Part shown: positions 38,913 to 48,097 of the stretch, piece after piece
Numbering within the stretch: position 1 is the first letter of the stretch
How the letters are laid out: each line of letters begins with the position of its first letter
Origin: an uncultured Trueperaceae bacterium
Lineage (GTDB): Bacteria; Deinococcota; Deinococci; Deinococcales; Trueperaceae
Reading direction: 5' to 3'
DNA: 64,000 nucleotides
Assembly: GCA_963815215.1 (NCBI GenBank)
Contig: CAWFFU010000003.1
Location: 800,001-864,000 of the forward strand
Program-made: the position numbers and the translations under genes
The notes under the pieces: model-generated
The model's input: the letters and a program-made list of their open reading frames with translations, nothing else
The model's database searches: none
What the model was told of the DNA's origin: nothing

Positions 38913-39704
38913 TCACGGGTCGGCCGCGCGCGCACCGTCCGGCAGGTGGGGCACCACCAGCGGGCGTGCCCCGATCGTGTGAACGTCGACACGGGTCCCG
39001 TAGACCCGGGACACGAGCGCCTCGGTGAGGACCTGCGAGGGGGTTCCCTGGGCCACGACGTGCCCCGCCTGCAGCACGACCAGACGGTCGCAGAAGCGGC
39101 TCGCAAGGTTGAGATCGTGGAGCACGACCAGGGCGCCGACGCCACGATCGACCTCCCGGCGCGTGTACTCGAGCATCTCCACCTGGTAGCGCAGATCGAG
39201 ATGGTTGGTCGGCTCGTCCAACAACAGGAAGCGCGGCCGCTGGGCGAGCGCCCGCGCCAGCACCACGCGCTGGCGTTCGCCGCCGGAGAGCCGCGTAGCG
39301 TCGCGGTCCGCCAGCGCGGCGGTGTCGGTGGCGCGCAGGGCCCGGTCGACGGCCCTCCGGTCCTCCGCGCGCTCCGGCCGCAGCAGCCCCAGGTGGGGCG
39401 TGCGCCCCATCGCCACCAGCTCGCGCACGCTGAAGCCGGCCGGGAGCTCCGGAAGTTGTGGGACCACAGCCAAGGATCGCGCCAGCTCCAGCCGCCCGAT
39501 CCGCGCGAGCGACCGGCCGTCGATCGTGACACTACCGGACCGCGGCGCCAACCGGCGTGTGAGCACGCGGACCAGCGTCGACTTGCCCGCTCCGTTCGGC
39601 CCGATGACGCCCAGTACCTCACCGGGCTCCACGCTCAGCTCGCAAGCGGCCAGCACGTCGCCTCTGCCGTACCCGGCGTAGAGCTCGCGGACCTCGATGC
39701 TCAC
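38913..39704 (-). CDS. Cobalamin/Fe-chelate ABC transporter ATPase (BtuD-like)
   Basis: GPNGAGKST, LSGGERQR, LLLDEPTNHLD, VLHDLNLA. Confidence 0.92.
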   Translation of the reverse strand: MSIEVRELYAGYGRGDVLAACELSVEPGEVLGVIGPNGAGKSTLVRVLTRRLAPRSGSVTIDGRSLARIGRLELARSLAVVPQLPELPAGFSVRELVAMGRTPHLGLLRPERAEDRRAVDRALRATDTAALADRDATRLSGGERQRVVLARALAQRPRFLLLDEPTNHLDLRYQVEMLEYTRREVDRGVGALVVLHDLNLASRFCDRLVVLQAGHVVAQGTPSQVLTEALVSRVYGTRVDVHTIGARPLVVPHLPDGARAADP

Positions 39705-39711
39705 GGGAACC

Positions 39712-40749
39712 TCATCGGCTGCGCTGCCTTCGAAGCAGCAGCAGGAAGAAAGGGCCCCCCACCAAGGCCGTGACGATGCCGACGGGAAGCTCGGCGGGGG
39801 CCAGCACCGTACGCGCGAACAGGTCGGCGAGGACCAGGAACACCGCACCCCACAACGCCGACAGGGGTAGCAGGCGCACGTGGCGAGCCCCGAAGGCCAG
39901 TCGCACGGCGTGGGGGACCACCAGGCCCACGAAGCCGATCACGCCGGCCACGGCGACCGCTGCGGCCGTCGCCAGGGTGGCGGCGGTCAGCAGCGCCAGC
40001 CGGACCCGTTCGACCGGCACCCCGAGCTGGGCCGCGGACTCCTCGCCGAGTTGCATCACGTCGAGGGCACGGCCGGCGAGCAGGAGTGGAACGGTGGCCA
40101 CAACGAGCAGAGGCAGAACGCTCAGGACACGGTCCCAACTCGCGAAGGCGAAGCTGCCGAGCAGCCAGCTCAGGATCCCCGCGGCGCGATCCCGCGCGGC
40201 CAGCATCAGGAAGGAGGTGCCGGCGCTGAGGATCGAGCCGAGTACCACGCCCGCCAGGATGAGCGACACGGCGGGGAGCCCGCCGTCCCGGCGAGCCAGT
40301 ACCATCACCAGCACCACCGTCGCCAGGGCGCAGGCGAAGGCCGCGCCCGGCACACCCAGCCGCGTCAGCCAGGGTACGCTGCCCGCCAGCACCAACACGG
40401 CGCTCGCCCCGAACCCCGCCCCGCTGGCGGCCCCCAGCAGGTAGGGATCGGCCAGCGGATTGCGGAACACGCCTTGGAACGTCGCCCCGGCGAGCGCCAG
40501 AGCCGATCCCACCAGGGCGGCGAGCAGCACGCGCGGCAACCGGAGCTGCCACACGATCGTCTCCGTGGGGCCGTGCGCATGGCCCTGAACTCCGGCGACC
40601 ACCGCCGTCACCAGGGCGAGCGGCCGGATGGCGACGCTGCCGACCGACGTCGCCGCCACCAGGACGACGACCAGGGCGATCAGCGAGAGCACGACGGGCG
40701 CCATCCCCCTCCGTCGCGACTCCGCTTGGAACGACAGGACGCGCGCCAC
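39712..40749 (-). CDS. Cobalamin/Fe-chelate ABC permease (BtuC/FecCD family)
   Basis: LRLPR, QGVFRNPLADPYLLG, GVIGFVGLVVPH, ELPVG. Confidence 0.93.
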   Translation of the reverse strand: MARVLSFQAESRRRGMAPVVLSLIALVVVLVAATSVGSVAIRPLALVTAVVAGVQGHAHGPTETIVWQLRLPRVLLAALVGSALALAGATFQGVFRNPLADPYLLGAASGAGFGASAVLVLAGSVPWLTRLGVPGAAFACALATVVLVMVLARRDGGLPAVSLILAGVVLGSILSAGTSFLMLAARDRAAGILSWLLGSFAFASWDRVLSVLPLLVVATVPLLLAGRALDVMQLGEESAAQLGVPVERVRLALLTAATLATAAAVAVAGVIGFVGLVVPHAVRLAFGARHVRLLPLSALWGAVFLVLADLFARTVLAPAELPVGIVTALVGGPFFLLLLRRQRSR

Positions 40750-40752
40750 GGC

Positions 40753-41634
40753 TCAGAAGCGGCCCGGATGGAGGAGCCTGGCCAGCAGCGACACCGCGTC
40801 TCCCATGCGCGGCCCGGCACGACTGAGGAGGTCGACCTGGCGCAGGTCGAGCGCCACCACACGACCGCTCTTCACGGCGCTGAGCCCCGCCCATCCCGGC
40901 CGCGCCTCGGCAGCGGCGAGCGTCTCCCCGTACGGAGCGTCCATCAGCAACACGACCTGGGGGTCCTGCTGCACTACGAACTCAGGATCGACCTGAGGGT
41001 ACTGCCCCATCGACGGCCGCACGATGGTCCGGCCCCCGGCCTTGGCGAGCAGCGTCCCGAGGTACGAGGTCGGCCCCACGCTGTAAGGCGTGCCGTCGAG
41101 CTCGACGAAGACGCTCACGGTAGGGAGCCCGGCGACCTCGGAGGCGACCGCAGCCACCTGTCCCTCGATATGGCTGCGCACCGCGGCGGCCGCGGCCTGG
41201 CGGTCGAGCAGACGGCCCATCGCTTCCAGGAAGTCCAGCGCCTGAGAGTAGGTTTGCGGCGTCCCGGCGTAGACCGGGATTCCCAGCTTCCGAACCCGTT
41301 CCGCGAGCCCGCTGTACTCGTCGGTGAGGACCAGGTCGGGCTTCAACGCGACCAGCCGTTCCAGGTTCGGGTCATTGGCGTTGCCGAGCCGGGGCAGCGA
41401 TGCGACCGTCGCCGGCCAATCGCTGAGGGCGTCGACCCCGACCAGCCGGTCGCACGCGCCCAGCGCACACACCGTCTCGGTGTCGCTGGGGATCATCGAC
41501 ACGATCCGCTTCGGCGGGCCGGTCAACGTCAGCTTCGCGCCGAGCTGATCCCGGATCGTCAGGGGGTAGGCCGTCGCCAGCGCCGTCTGGAGCGCCAGCA
41601 GCAGGACCACGAGGAACGTCGAGCGCTTGACCAC
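40753..41634 (-). CDS. Cobalamin-binding periplasmic protein (BtuF-like)
   Basis: Signal peptide, PKRIVSMIPSDTE, NLERLVALKPDLV, SRAGPR; lies under a cobalamin riboswitch. Confidence 0.9.
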   Translation of the reverse strand: MVKRSTFLVVLLLALQTALATAYPLTIRDQLGAKLTLTGPPKRIVSMIPSDTETVCALGACDRLVGVDALSDWPATVASLPRLGNANDPNLERLVALKPDLVLTDEYSGLAERVRKLGIPVYAGTPQTYSQALDFLEAMGRLLDRQAAAAAVRSHIEGQVAAVASEVAGLPTVSVFVELDGTPYSVGPTSYLGTLLAKAGGRTIVRPSMGQYPQVDPEFVVQQDPQVVLLMDAPYGETLAAAEARPGWAGLSAVKSGRVVALDLRQVDLLSRAGPRMGDAVSLLARLLHPGRF

Positions 41635-41663
41635 AAACGCCTCCTCAGCTCCTGCGATTGGAG

Positions 41664-41693
41664 AAAAAGAGATCCATCCCGGAGGGGATGGAT
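41664..41693 (-). terminator. Leader terminator (riboswitch expression platform)
   Basis: ATCCATCCC-CTCC-GGGATGGAT followed by CTCTTTTT, upstream of the btuF RBS. Confidence 0.8.
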
Positions 41694-41724
41694 GCCGTTG
41701 GCCGCGATCGCGGCTTCCGGGCAG

Positions 41725-41846
41725 CCCTTCCTCGTCCTCGCAAGGGGGTGCTTCGTCGGGTCGCGGTATTCGGGCTACGGCCTCTCGGGACCTTACCGTT
41801 GCGGGACAGCGCCGGAATCGCACCGGACTTCCCCGTGAACCGACCC
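41725..41846 (-). promoter_or_regulatory. Cobalamin riboswitch (short form)
   Basis: GGGAAGTCCGGTG..TTCCGGCGCTGTCCCGCAACGGT...AGCCCGAATACC; closing stem GGGTCG/CGACCC. Confidence 0.92.
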
Positions 41847-41850
41847 TCAA

Positions 41851-41879
41851 AGCGTACGACGCCCCCAGCGGGGTGTCAA
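41851..41879 (-). promoter_or_regulatory. Promoter of the btu operon
   Basis: TTGACA-17 nt-TACGCT directly upstream of the riboswitch. Confidence 0.85.
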
Positions 41880-41942
41880 ACGGTCGGAACCGTGCAGCGC
41901 GCGCTTCCGGCGGCGCCCTACGAGCGTGGTAGGCTCCCCGCT

Positions 41943-43007
41943 GTGACGCAGCTACGCTCCCTGTCGGAGCTCAACGTCCACGGGGCGGCGCGCGCCGATC
42001 GGCTGGTGCCTCCACCGCGCTTCGAGCGCGTCTCCTTCGAAGGGTATCGGCCCCAACACCCCAGCCAGGCGCTCGCGCGTGAACGGGCACGGGCCTTCGT
42101 CGAGGAGGCCGAGCGCGCCCTCAAGGCACCCCCACCCCGCCGCTTCCGGTTCCCCGGCCGTCGCCGTCCGTCACCCGGCCGCGGGCTCTACCTCGACGGC
42201 GGCTTCGGCGTCGGGAAGACCCACCTGCTGGCAGCCGCCTTCTTCCACGCGGATCTGGAGGCCAAGCACTACCTCAGCTTCCAGGAGCTCGTCTACCTCA
42301 TCGGGGTACTGGGCATGGAGCGGGCCCGCGCCGTCCTCGGTGGAGCGCGGCTGCTGTGCATCGACGAGTTCGAGCTCGACGACCCCGGCAACACGTTGAT
42401 CGTGAAGACCTTCCTGAACTCGGTGACGGAGGCCGGTGGCTACGTGCTCACCACCTCCAACACCGCGCCGGAAGCGCAGGGTCACGGGCGTTTCAACGCC
42501 GAGGACTTCCGGCGCGAGATCCAGTCCCTGGCCGACCACTTCGAGACGGTCACCATGGACGGCCCGGACTTCAGGCACCGGAGCCGCGTGGGCGTTCTGA
42601 CGCCGCGCCCCGAGTTCGAGCGGGCATGCCGTCAGGAGCGGGCCGAGGCGCCACGCGTGTTCAGCGAGTTCGACGCGCTGTTGCAGCTCCTCGCGGGCCT
42701 CCACCCTTCACGCTACGACGGGCTGCTGCGACAGGTGGGCACACTCTATCTGGCGGGCATCCGTCCTCTGGCCACCCAGAACGACGCCCTGCGCTTCGTG
42801 CACTTCGTGGACAAGCTCTACGACCTGGGGGTCGGGCTGCGGGCCACCGGCACCACCCCGCTCACCGAGCTGTTCGACGCCAGTTACCGCGACAGCGCTT
42901 ACGCCAAGAAGCACCTGCGCTGCCTGTCCCGTCTCAGCGAACTGCTGAGCGAGAGCCGGCAGGCCGGCGCGCCCGTCGAGCGCGCCGCGGTCGCCGCAGG
43001 CGGCTGA
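41943..43007 (+). CDS. zapE: AFG1/ZapE-family ATPase
   Basis: GLYLDGGFGVGKTHL, CIDEFELDDPG, TTSNT, RFVHFVDKLYD, RCLSRL. Confidence 0.9.
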   Translation: MTQLRSLSELNVHGAARADRLVPPPRFERVSFEGYRPQHPSQALARERARAFVEEAERALKAPPPRRFRFPGRRRPSPGRGLYLDGGFGVGKTHLLAAAFFHADLEAKHYLSFQELVYLIGVLGMERARAVLGGARLLCIDEFELDDPGNTLIVKTFLNSVTEAGGYVLTTSNTAPEAQGHGRFNAEDFRREIQSLADHFETVTMDGPDFRHRSRVGVLTPRPEFERACRQERAEAPRVFSEFDALLQLLAGLHPSRYDGLLRQVGTLYLAGIRPLATQNDALRFVHFVDKLYDLGVGLRATGTTPLTELFDASYRDSAYAKKHLRCLSRLSELLSESRQAGAPVERAAVAAGG

Positions 43008-43027
43008 CGACTCCGCTGGCCCGACCG

Positions 43028-44230
43028 TCAGGCAACCGGGTCGTACCCGCCTCGTAGAGCGGGCACGACCCGCGAGGCGCGTTCGAGCAAGTCGAGCGCG
43101 ATCGCTCGGCTGCCGCCGGGCGCCCCCATTCGCTGGCGGCCGATCCGACCCGCCCGGACCCTGGCCTCATCGTCACCTAGCAGCCCGCGGGCGGCCGCGG
43201 CGATGGCGCCTGGCTCGGGGTCGCTCAACGTGAGCGCTTCCCCCAGCAGACGCTTCTGGTTCAGGAGGAAGGCAAGTCCGTAGGAGGGCTCCAAGGGGAA
43301 GGACACCACCGGTACGCCGCGTGCCGCCGCCTGTTCGTTCGCGGTCCCTGCCGTACCGATGGCGATGCGGGCGCTGGCGAGCACGTCGCCGAAGCGCCCC
43401 TCCACAACCCACAGCCGGGTCGCGCCGCGCCGCAACGCCGCCACCCGTCCCGACACCGGCGCGGCTCCGCGGTCCTCCTCCCAGCCCGGCAACGCCGGCA
43501 ACGCTCCTCCGCTCCACGCCACCAGGCCCGTCACATCAGGGACGCTCGCCAGCGCCTCGGCCATGCGGGCCAGCGCGGTGGGCGTGTGGGCACGGGTACC
43601 GGGCAACAGGGCGACAGCGACGCGCCCGTCGATCCCTTCGAGCGCCCGCCCCTCGATCCGGTCCACCATCGGGTTGCCGAGCGCCAGCGCGTTGCGAACT
43701 CCGCGCGCTGTCAGCCAGGCGGCGGTCGCCTCGTCGCGCGCGTACACCACCGAGGCGAGGTGGCGCATCAGCACGCGCTCCGGGTAGCGGATGCGCTCCA
43801 TGAAGTAGCGGTTGGGCGGCGATCGTCCGGCGCCTGCGCTGTGGTGCGCGGATACGAGCGGCTGCACCACGGCGCGGAATCTCGAGCGCGTGAACGCCGC
43901 CAGCGCCTGGGCGTAGATGTCACCCACCACCACCACCACGTCGCTGCGCAACCGCGCCAGGGCGGCGAGCTGCGCCAGCGTCATGCCGACGAAACCGGCG
44001 CGGACGTCGGCAACGAGGCTCGCCGTCGAATGCAGGGTGAGTCCGCCGCTGGGCAACGCCCGACAGGGGCCGAGCCTGGAGATCGCCTCGGAACGGTAGG
44101 CCGACCCCTCGTCGACCACCGGGAAGGCACGGACCGTAGCGCCGGGCACCCGCTCCCGAAGGGCGCGCGCCAGCGACGCGCCGATGACGTCCTCGCCATG
44201 TCCGTTGGAGACGATCGTGATGCTCGGCAC
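43028..44230 (-). CDS. Lipid-A-disaccharide-synthase-related GT-B protein
   Basis: SNGHGED, LPSGG, VVGD, GNPMVD, LLPGTR, AGTANEQAA, RMGAPG. Confidence 0.8.
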   Translation of the reverse strand: MPSITIVSNGHGEDVIGASLARALRERVPGATVRAFPVVDEGSAYRSEAISRLGPCRALPSGGLTLHSTASLVADVRAGFVGMTLAQLAALARLRSDVVVVVGDIYAQALAAFTRSRFRAVVQPLVSAHHSAGAGRSPPNRYFMERIRYPERVLMRHLASVVYARDEATAAWLTARGVRNALALGNPMVDRIEGRALEGIDGRVAVALLPGTRAHTPTALARMAEALASVPDVTGLVAWSGGALPALPGWEEDRGAAPVSGRVAALRRGATRLWVVEGRFGDVLASARIAIGTAGTANEQAAARGVPVVSFPLEPSYGLAFLLNQKRLLGEALTLSDPEPGAIAAAARGLLGDDEARVRAGRIGRQRMGAPGGSRAIALDLLERASRVVPALRGGYDPVA

Positions 44231-44268
44231 GCCCGACCTGCCGGAACGCCGCGCCCTGGAGCGCGGGC

Positions 44269-45165
44269 TCAGCCCTCCCGCATGCGGGGCGGAGCCCCCC
44301 AGCCGAGCTTGAAGCGCAGGATGTCGAAGAAGCTGTGCCGACCCGAGGACACCAGCATCAGATCGGTCGGCGCCGCCGCGATCGTGAAGCGGTCGCCCCG
44401 GCGAAGATCGATGCGTTCCTGCCCGTCGACCACCAAGGCCAGCTCGTGAACGTCGCTCTCCACTCGGAAGCTCACGAGCACGCCCCCCTCGACGACGATG
44501 GGCCTGTTGGTGAGCGAGTGGGGGGCCAGCGGAGTGATCACGAAGGCGCGCAGCGACTGGCTCACGATGGGACCGCCGAGCGACAGCGAATAGGCGGTGG
44601 AGCCGACCGGCGTGGACACCACCAGACCGTCGGCCCGGTACTGGATGGCGTGCGCGCCGTCCACTTCCATGGCGATGTTCACGAGGCGCGCCACCACCCC
44701 CTGCGAGACCACCACGTCGTTGAGGGCGAAGGTGGGCTCGCCGCCGCCGTTCAGCCACACCTGCAACATGATGCGCGGGTTGATGCGCCAGTCGTCCGGC
44801 GTGCGGCCCTCGAGGTACTCGCGGACCTCGTCGGCGCTGAACTCGGCCAGGAACCCGAGCTTGCCCAGGTTGACGCCGACCACCGGCGCGGCGGACCCCA
44901 CCAGACGCCGTGCGGCGCCGAGGAGGGTGCCGTCGCCACCCACGGAGAACACCACGTCGGCGTCGTGCGTGCGCTCCCCCAGCGGCATGGTCCCCTCGAG
45001 ATCGAGCTCTACGCTGGCCCCCAGCTCACGGAGTCGGTCCGTCAGCTCGCGGGCGAGCACGTGCGCTTCGGGCTTGTAACGGGTACTGGTCACGATCACC
45101 CGGCGCAGCCCGGCGGCCGGCGTGGTGAACGCCCTCCCGGCGGCGATCGACGGGCCGGAGCTCAA
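44269..45165 (-). CDS. nadK: NAD+ kinase
   Basis: GGDGTLL, GVNLGKLGFL, ALND, DGLVVSTPVGSTAYSLS. Confidence 0.95.
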   Translation of the reverse strand: MSSGPSIAAGRAFTTPAAGLRRVIVTSTRYKPEAHVLARELTDRLRELGASVELDLEGTMPLGERTHDADVVFSVGGDGTLLGAARRLVGSAAPVVGVNLGKLGFLAEFSADEVREYLEGRTPDDWRINPRIMLQVWLNGGGEPTFALNDVVVSQGVVARLVNIAMEVDGAHAIQYRADGLVVSTPVGSTAYSLSLGGPIVSQSLRAFVITPLAPHSLTNRPIVVEGGVLVSFRVESDVHELALVVDGQERIDLRRGDRFTIAAAPTDLMLVSSGRHSFFDILRFKLGWGAPPRMREG

Positions 45166-45878
45166 ACCGCACCCACCCCAGACAGCGCCTGCATGACCCG
45201 GTCCACCACCTGCTCCAGCGTCAGGTCCCCGGTCTCGACGTGAACGGCGTCGTGTGCCGGCGCGGACTGCGCCGCGTCGAGGCGATCGCGACGAGCGATG
45301 GCCTCCGCGACCGCCGCCAGGTCCGCCGATCGCTCGCCGACCCGGCGCCGCGCCCTCACCTCGGCAGGCGCCGTCAGGAAGAACTTGAAGCCGGCGTCCG
45401 GGAACACCGCGGTGCCCATGTCCCGACCGTCGATCACGAACGGCCCGGGGATCTCTCGCAGACGCTCGGTGACCCAGTCCCGCACGCCGGGATGGCGGGC
45501 GACGGCCGATACCGTGCCGTCCACGGCGTCGGTGTGCAGCTCGCCGGTGACGTCCCGACCCTCCACCAGGACGCGGTCACCCGTCAGCGACGGCACCAGC
45601 CGCACGCGCCTCTCGGCGAGGATATGGAGCACGGCCCCCTCGTCGTCGGGGTCGCCCCGCAGGTCCTCGACCAGCCACGTCGCCGCGCGGTAGAGCAGGC
45701 CGCTGGAAACGAAGGGGACGCCGAGGCGTTCCGCCACCCGGCGAGCCACGCTCGACTTGCCGGAAGCCGCCGGTCCGTCCAGCGTGATCACGGTGCGCAC
45801 GAAGGTGTCTTGCTCAGTTGTGACGTGCCCGTGGGACTGCGCCATGGTCGTGCGTTCCCCTCCGTTCCCCACCGTCAT
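45162..45878 (-). CDS. cmk: Cytidylate kinase
   Basis: ITLDGPAASGKSS, SGLLYRA, DGRDMGTAVFPDA; alternative start at 45845. Confidence 0.95.
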   Translation of the reverse strand: MTVGNGGERTTMAQSHGHVTTEQDTFVRTVITLDGPAASGKSSVARRVAERLGVPFVSSGLLYRAATWLVEDLRGDPDDEGAVLHILAERRVRLVPSLTGDRVLVEGRDVTGELHTDAVDGTVSAVARHPGVRDWVTERLREIPGPFVIDGRDMGTAVFPDAGFKFFLTAPAEVRARRRVGERSADLAAVAEAIARRDRLDAAQSAPAHDAVHVETGDLTLEQVVDRVMQALSGVGAV

Positions 45879-47179
45879 GATAGCCTCCCGGCCAACAGTC
45901 CGAGGAAGTCCTCGAAGAAGCGTGGGTAGGTCTTGGCGACGCAGTTGGGGTCACGGATGGCCACGCCCGGCAACCGGGCGCCGACCACCGCCAGGGCCAT
46001 CGCCATGCGGTGGTCGCCGTAGGTCTCGAGCACGACCTCCGCCGCGGCAGCCCCGGCGAGCGGGTGAACGGTGAGGCTGGCATCCTCCTCCTCGACCTCG
46101 GCGCCCAGGCGGCGCAGCTCGATGGCCAGCGCCGTGAGTCGATCGGTCTCCTTGATACGCAGGTTCCAGACGTTCCGGATGTGGACCGGAGCGTCGGCGA
46201 AGAGCGCCACGCAGGCCAGCGTCTGCGCCTGGTCCGGCATGTCGTTGAGATCGAACGTGCCGCCGTGCAGCCGCCCCGGGCGCGGGCCCCGCACCTCGCA
46301 GGTGCTCTCGCCCCAGCGCACCTCGCACCCCATGCGCTCCAGCACGTCCGCGAAGTGCGCGTCTCCCTGCTTGGTGCGGCGGCCGAGGTTGGCGATGCGC
46401 ACCCGACCCCCGGTGATGGCGGCGGCGGCCCAGAAGTATCCGGCAGCCATGGCGTCGCCCTCGATGTCCAGCTCCCGGGACCGGTAGCGCCCAGGTGTGA
46501 CGGTGAAGCGCCGGTAGCCGTCGCGCTCCACCGTCACGCCGAAATCGGCCATCAGCGCCAGCGTCATGTCGACGAAGGGTTTGGACTGGAGCTCGCCGGC
46601 CACCTCCAGGGTGACGGCGGCGTCGGCGTACGGAGCCACCATCAGCAGCGCGGAGAGGTACTGCGAGCTCCTGCCGCCCTCCACCGCCACCGCGCCGCCG
46701 GGCAGGCCGCGCGCCCGGACCACCACGGGCGGGCAACCGTTACCGGACTCGCTCTCGGCCTCGACGCCCAACCCTTGAAGCGCGTCCAGCAGGTCCTGGA
46801 TGGGCCGCTCCCGCATGCGGGCGGTGCCGTCGAGCCGGAAGCGCCCCCGTCCCAGCGCCACCAGCGCCGTCAGGAAGCGCATGCTGGTCCCCGACAGGCG
46901 CACGTCGAGGTCCGCCGAGGTCGCCGGCACGCGGCCGCCCATGCCGTGCACGACGATGTGGGGCCCGCGCGCCTCGAGGCGGTAGCCGAGGCCGCTGAGA
47001 GCGCGGACCAGGACCTCGGAGTCCTCCGCCACCAGGGCACCCTCGAGGTGGCTGGCGCCGGCGGCCAGAGCGGAGATCACGAGGGCCCGGTTGGTCAAGC
47101 TCTTGGACCCCGGGATGCGCACTGTGCCGTCGACGGCGCCCTGCGGTCCTACGGTCACGATCGATGGCAGCGTCGACAT
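45875..47179 (-). CDS. aroA: EPSP synthase
   Basis: PGSKSLTNR, SGTSMRF, SSQYLSALL, RIKETDR, DHRMAM, KTYP. Confidence 0.97.
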   Translation of the reverse strand: MSTLPSIVTVGPQGAVDGTVRIPGSKSLTNRALVISALAAGASHLEGALVAEDSEVLVRALSGLGYRLEARGPHIVVHGMGGRVPATSADLDVRLSGTSMRFLTALVALGRGRFRLDGTARMRERPIQDLLDALQGLGVEAESESGNGCPPVVVRARGLPGGAVAVEGGRSSQYLSALLMVAPYADAAVTLEVAGELQSKPFVDMTLALMADFGVTVERDGYRRFTVTPGRYRSRELDIEGDAMAAGYFWAAAAITGGRVRIANLGRRTKQGDAHFADVLERMGCEVRWGESTCEVRGPRPGRLHGGTFDLNDMPDQAQTLACVALFADAPVHIRNVWNLRIKETDRLTALAIELRRLGAEVEEEDASLTVHPLAGAAAAEVVLETYGDHRMAMALAVVGARLPGVAIRDPNCVAKTYPRFFEDFLGLLAGRLS

Positions 47180-47273
47180 CGTGCCGAAGGATACCACCGG
47201 CCCACCGTCCTTCGCGCCGTCGCTCCCTCCCACACGACGTCCGGCGGGCGTCAGCGAGGCTAATCTGGCAGGC

Positions 47274-47714
47274 GTGAGCATTCCGGCCTCCCTACAGTCG
47301 ATCGTCGACACCTTCCAGAAGGCTCCGCGGAGCCTCAAGTTGCCGCTGCTGCTGGAGTACGCCGGCAAGGTCCCGCCGTTGCCGGCAGGCATGGACGCGG
47401 AACTGGAGAGGGTGCACGAGTGCCAGACGCCTCTGTTCCTCAAGGCGGAGGTCGCGGACGACGGCGGCGTGCGTCTGTACTTCGATGCCCCCGAGGAGGC
47501 GCCCACCACGCGCGGCTTCGCGGGGGTGGTGCACGAGGGTCTCTCGGGTGCGAGCGTCGAGGAGGTCATGGCGACGCCCGACGACTTCTACCAGACCATG
47601 GGCCTGGCGGAGCTCATCTCCCCGCTGCGGTTGAGGGGGATGGGCGCCATCCTGGCCCGCGTGAAGCGCCAGTTGCGGGAGGGCGCCGGCGCGCGGCGGT
47701 CGACCCCGGGCTAG
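47274..47714 (+). CDS. SufE-family sulfur acceptor
   Basis: VHECQTPLF, EAPTTRGF, ISPLRLRG. Confidence 0.88.
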   Translation: MSIPASLQSIVDTFQKAPRSLKLPLLLEYAGKVPPLPAGMDAELERVHECQTPLFLKAEVADDGGVRLYFDAPEEAPTTRGFAGVVHEGLSGASVEEVMATPDDFYQTMGLAELISPLRLRGMGAILARVKRQLREGAGARRSTPG

Positions 47715-47803
47715 CGAGCCGGCGCCCGGGTCTGCTAAAGTGGCTGGGCTTCGAGAGCGAACCCGAGCGCCCCTACGGGCCGGCGCCGGGCGGAGGACGA
47801 TCG

Positions 47804-48028
47804 ATGAAAAAGGACATCCACCCCAAGATGGTGCCGTGCAAGGTGATCTGCGAAGGCAAGGTCGTGCTGGAGACGTACAGCACCAAGGCGGAATTGCACG
47901 TCGACGTATGGTCGGGCAACCACCCCTTCTACACCGGGCAGCAACGCTTCATCGACACCGAAGGACGCGTCGAGAAGTTCCAGAAGCGCTTCGGTGACAG
48001 CTACCGCAAGAACGTCAAGACGAAGTAG
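47804..48028 (+). CDS. rpmE: 50S ribosomal protein L31
   Basis: MKKDIHP...HPFYTGQQRFIDTEGRVEKFQKRFG. Confidence 0.98.
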   Translation: MKKDIHPKMVPCKVICEGKVVLETYSTKAELHVDVWSGNHPFYTGQQRFIDTEGRVEKFQKRFGDSYRKNVKTK

Positions 48029-48058
48029 CGGCGCGCATCGCCGGCAGGCTTCCTTCAT

Positions 48059-48082
48059 GCGGCCGCCCCCAGGGGCGGCCGC
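48059..48082. terminator. Hairpin between convergent rpmE and the kinase gene
   Basis: GCGGCCGCCCC-CA-GGGGCGGCCGC. Confidence 0.55.
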
Positions 48083-48097
48083 CGTCGTTCTGTGGGT

